Source: Patescibacteria group bacterium (lineage in GTDB: Bacteria > Patescibacteriota > Patescibacteriia > Patescibacteriales > JBAZCA01). Taken from it: a stretch of 64,000 nucleotides of DNA. A program made the position numbers and the translations under genes. Position 1 is the first letter of the stretch. Each line of letters begins with the position of its first letter. The notes beneath the pieces are model-generated. The model ran no database searches. It saw only the letters and a program-made list of their open reading frames with translations, and was not told the DNA's origin. This document shows positions 62,338-64,000 of this stretch, piece by piece. Location: the NCBI GenBank assembly GCA_041661405.1, contig JBAZUL010000007.1, forward strand, positions 10,222 through 74,221. Reading direction: 5' to 3'.

Positions 62338-64000
62338 AGTACAAAGGGACCTCCCGGCCCGGAAATTTACCGCGCCAGGCAAGGCCCAAAAGAACCGGCT
62401 TCGCGAAACCGCCGGTAATGAAAAAACCGCCTTTTGAAGCGAAAGAAGCGGTCGAAGAAAAATTCGGAATGGAAGCGGGCGGAAATTATTTCCGGCGCGG
62501 CGGAGCAGTAATTACTCCTCGGCCCGCGCCAGAAGCCGGAAAACAGTCTGACGCGGGAAAATTAAAAATCATGGTTTTGGGCGGACTGGAAGAGGTCGGC
62601 CGTAACATGACGCTTTTGGAGTTTGACAAGGAGATCATAATTATTGACATGGGTCTTCAGTTTCCGGAAGAAGACATGCCCGGCATTGACTATATTATCC
62701 CCAACACATCTTATCTTGAAAATAAGCTGGATTGGATCAAAGGCGTCGTCATCACCCACGGACACATGGACCATATCGGCGGCATTCCCCATATCATGGG
62801 AAAAATCGGCAATCCGCCCATGTTTATGGGCAAGTTAACCGCCGGACTGGTTCGAAAGCGGTCGCAGGAATATCGCGACTGCCCCCAGCTCAACATTCAG
62901 GAGATTGACGAAAATTCAGTCCTGCGGCTCGGGAAAAACTTCCGGCTGGAATTTTTAAGGGTTAACCATTCAATCCCGGACGCGTTCGCGGTAATCGCGA
63001 ATACGCCTCTCGGCCGGGTGGTTCACACCGGAGATTTTAAAATTGATTATTCGCCGGTCAACGACAAGCCGGCTGATTTAAACCGGATCGCGCAAATCGG
63101 CGGGGAAGGCATCCTTTTAATGATGTCTGACTCAACCGATTCAACCCATCCGGGATACCAGATTTCCGAATCTTCCATCGGCGACGAGCTTGGAAAAATT
63201 TTTGAGCGCTCCGAGGGCCGGATTATCATCGGCACTTTCGCTTCGCAGATAAGCCGCGTGCAGAAAATTTTTGAAATCGCCGAAAAATACGGCCGGAGGA
63301 TTTTTTTGCAGGGCCGGAGTATGAACAACAACGTTGAGGTGGCTCACCAGATCGGCTACCTTAAATTCAATCCGCGGATTCTCATAAACAACGAGAATGA
63401 ACTAAGAAAAGTTCCGGATAATAAGGTGGTCATCATCGGCACCGGCGCTCAGGGCGAATCAAACGCGTTTTTAATGCGGGTGGTTAACAAAGAGCACAGG
63501 ACCATAAGCCTCCAACCCGGCGACACTGTAATTTTTTCTTCTTCGGTCATTCCGGGAAACGAGCGCACCATCCAGTCTTTAAAAGACATGCTCGTCCGGC
63601 AGGGCGCCAAAGTCATCCATTACGAAATGATGGATGTTCACGCCGGCGGGCACGCCAAGCAGGAAGACTTGAAGCTGATGATGCGGCTTTTTCGGCCGGA
63701 ATTTTTTATGCCCATTGAAGGCAACCATTACATGCTCCGGGCTCATGCCGAATTAGCCGAGCAGGTAGGCATCGCCAAGGAAAAAATCTTCGTGGCCGAC
63801 AACGGCCAGATAGTGGAATTTATCAAGTCGCCGGTAAAAGGGATTTCGGGGCGGCTTACAAGCGAAAAAGTCAATACCGACCATGTCATGGTTGACGGGC
63901 TCGGTGTCGGCGACGTATCCAATATCGTCCTTCGCGACCGTCGGGTCATGGCCGAAGACGGCATGATCGTTATTATCGCGACTATTGATTCTTCCACCGG
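62338..64000 (+). CDS. rnj: ribonuclease J (partial, 3' end outside window)
   Basis: Hand translation from ATG 62338 is open to the window edge. It shows LKIMVLGGLEEVGRNMT, the metallo-beta-lactamase motif VVITHGHMDHIGG, and the beta-CASP region DVHAGGHA. This ORF is absent from the track because it has no stop. The ~80-aa basic N-terminal extension may mean a later start. Confidence 0.85.

Overview
The window reads as a chromosomal segment of a small-genome, moderately AT-rich bacterium that uses the standard genetic code. TGA is a real stop here, for example the ATGA junction between purF and purN. Gene content suggests Patescibacteria/CPR: TrbC/VirB2-like 'pilin' paralogues, many orphan membrane proteins, and K/E-rich insertions in NusA. 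That lineage call is inference only.

Layout:
- 0.5-8.8 kb: envelope glycan genes (GT-C-like protein, GT2, GT4, Wzx flippase, GH-A hydrolase).
- 9.9-16.5 kb: accessory patch with HigB/HigA plus an extra HigA, a wHTH-MNT/HEPN pair with a tandem palindromic operator, a Cys-rich pilin-like gene, and a three-gene operon of orphan Trp-rich membrane proteins. A 0.6-kb hairpin-rich non-coding region follows it.
- 17-22.6 kb: housekeeping genes (RNA methyltransferase, ychF, greA, zupT).
- 22.7-26.7 kb: tRNA-Asp-associated islet bounded by a 21-bp direct repeat. It carries a DpnI-like methyl-directed endonuclease, an AIPR-like protein and a decayed vsr.
- 26.8-45.4 kb: housekeeping genes, including tspO with a decayed second copy, purine salvage, sod, nusA, ppaC, tig, and smpB-ssrA followed by two tRNAs.
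- 46.4-58.5 kb: de novo purine cluster (purL/Q/F/N/D, a HAD gene, purE/M/C/B).
- 58.6-64 kb: infC-rpmI-rplT-secG, a family-5 solute-binding protein, tRNA-Leu and a partial RNase J.

There are 6 tRNAs and 1 tmRNA. I saw no rRNA, no CRISPR array and no transposase or integrase.

Most interesting:
- the orphan membrane operon and its leader;
- a dispersed double-hairpin repeat showing compensatory substitutions;
- the integrase-less defence islet at tRNA-Asp;
- several long imperfect palindromes in intergenic regions.

All family calls come from motif recognition by eye. No database search was run.
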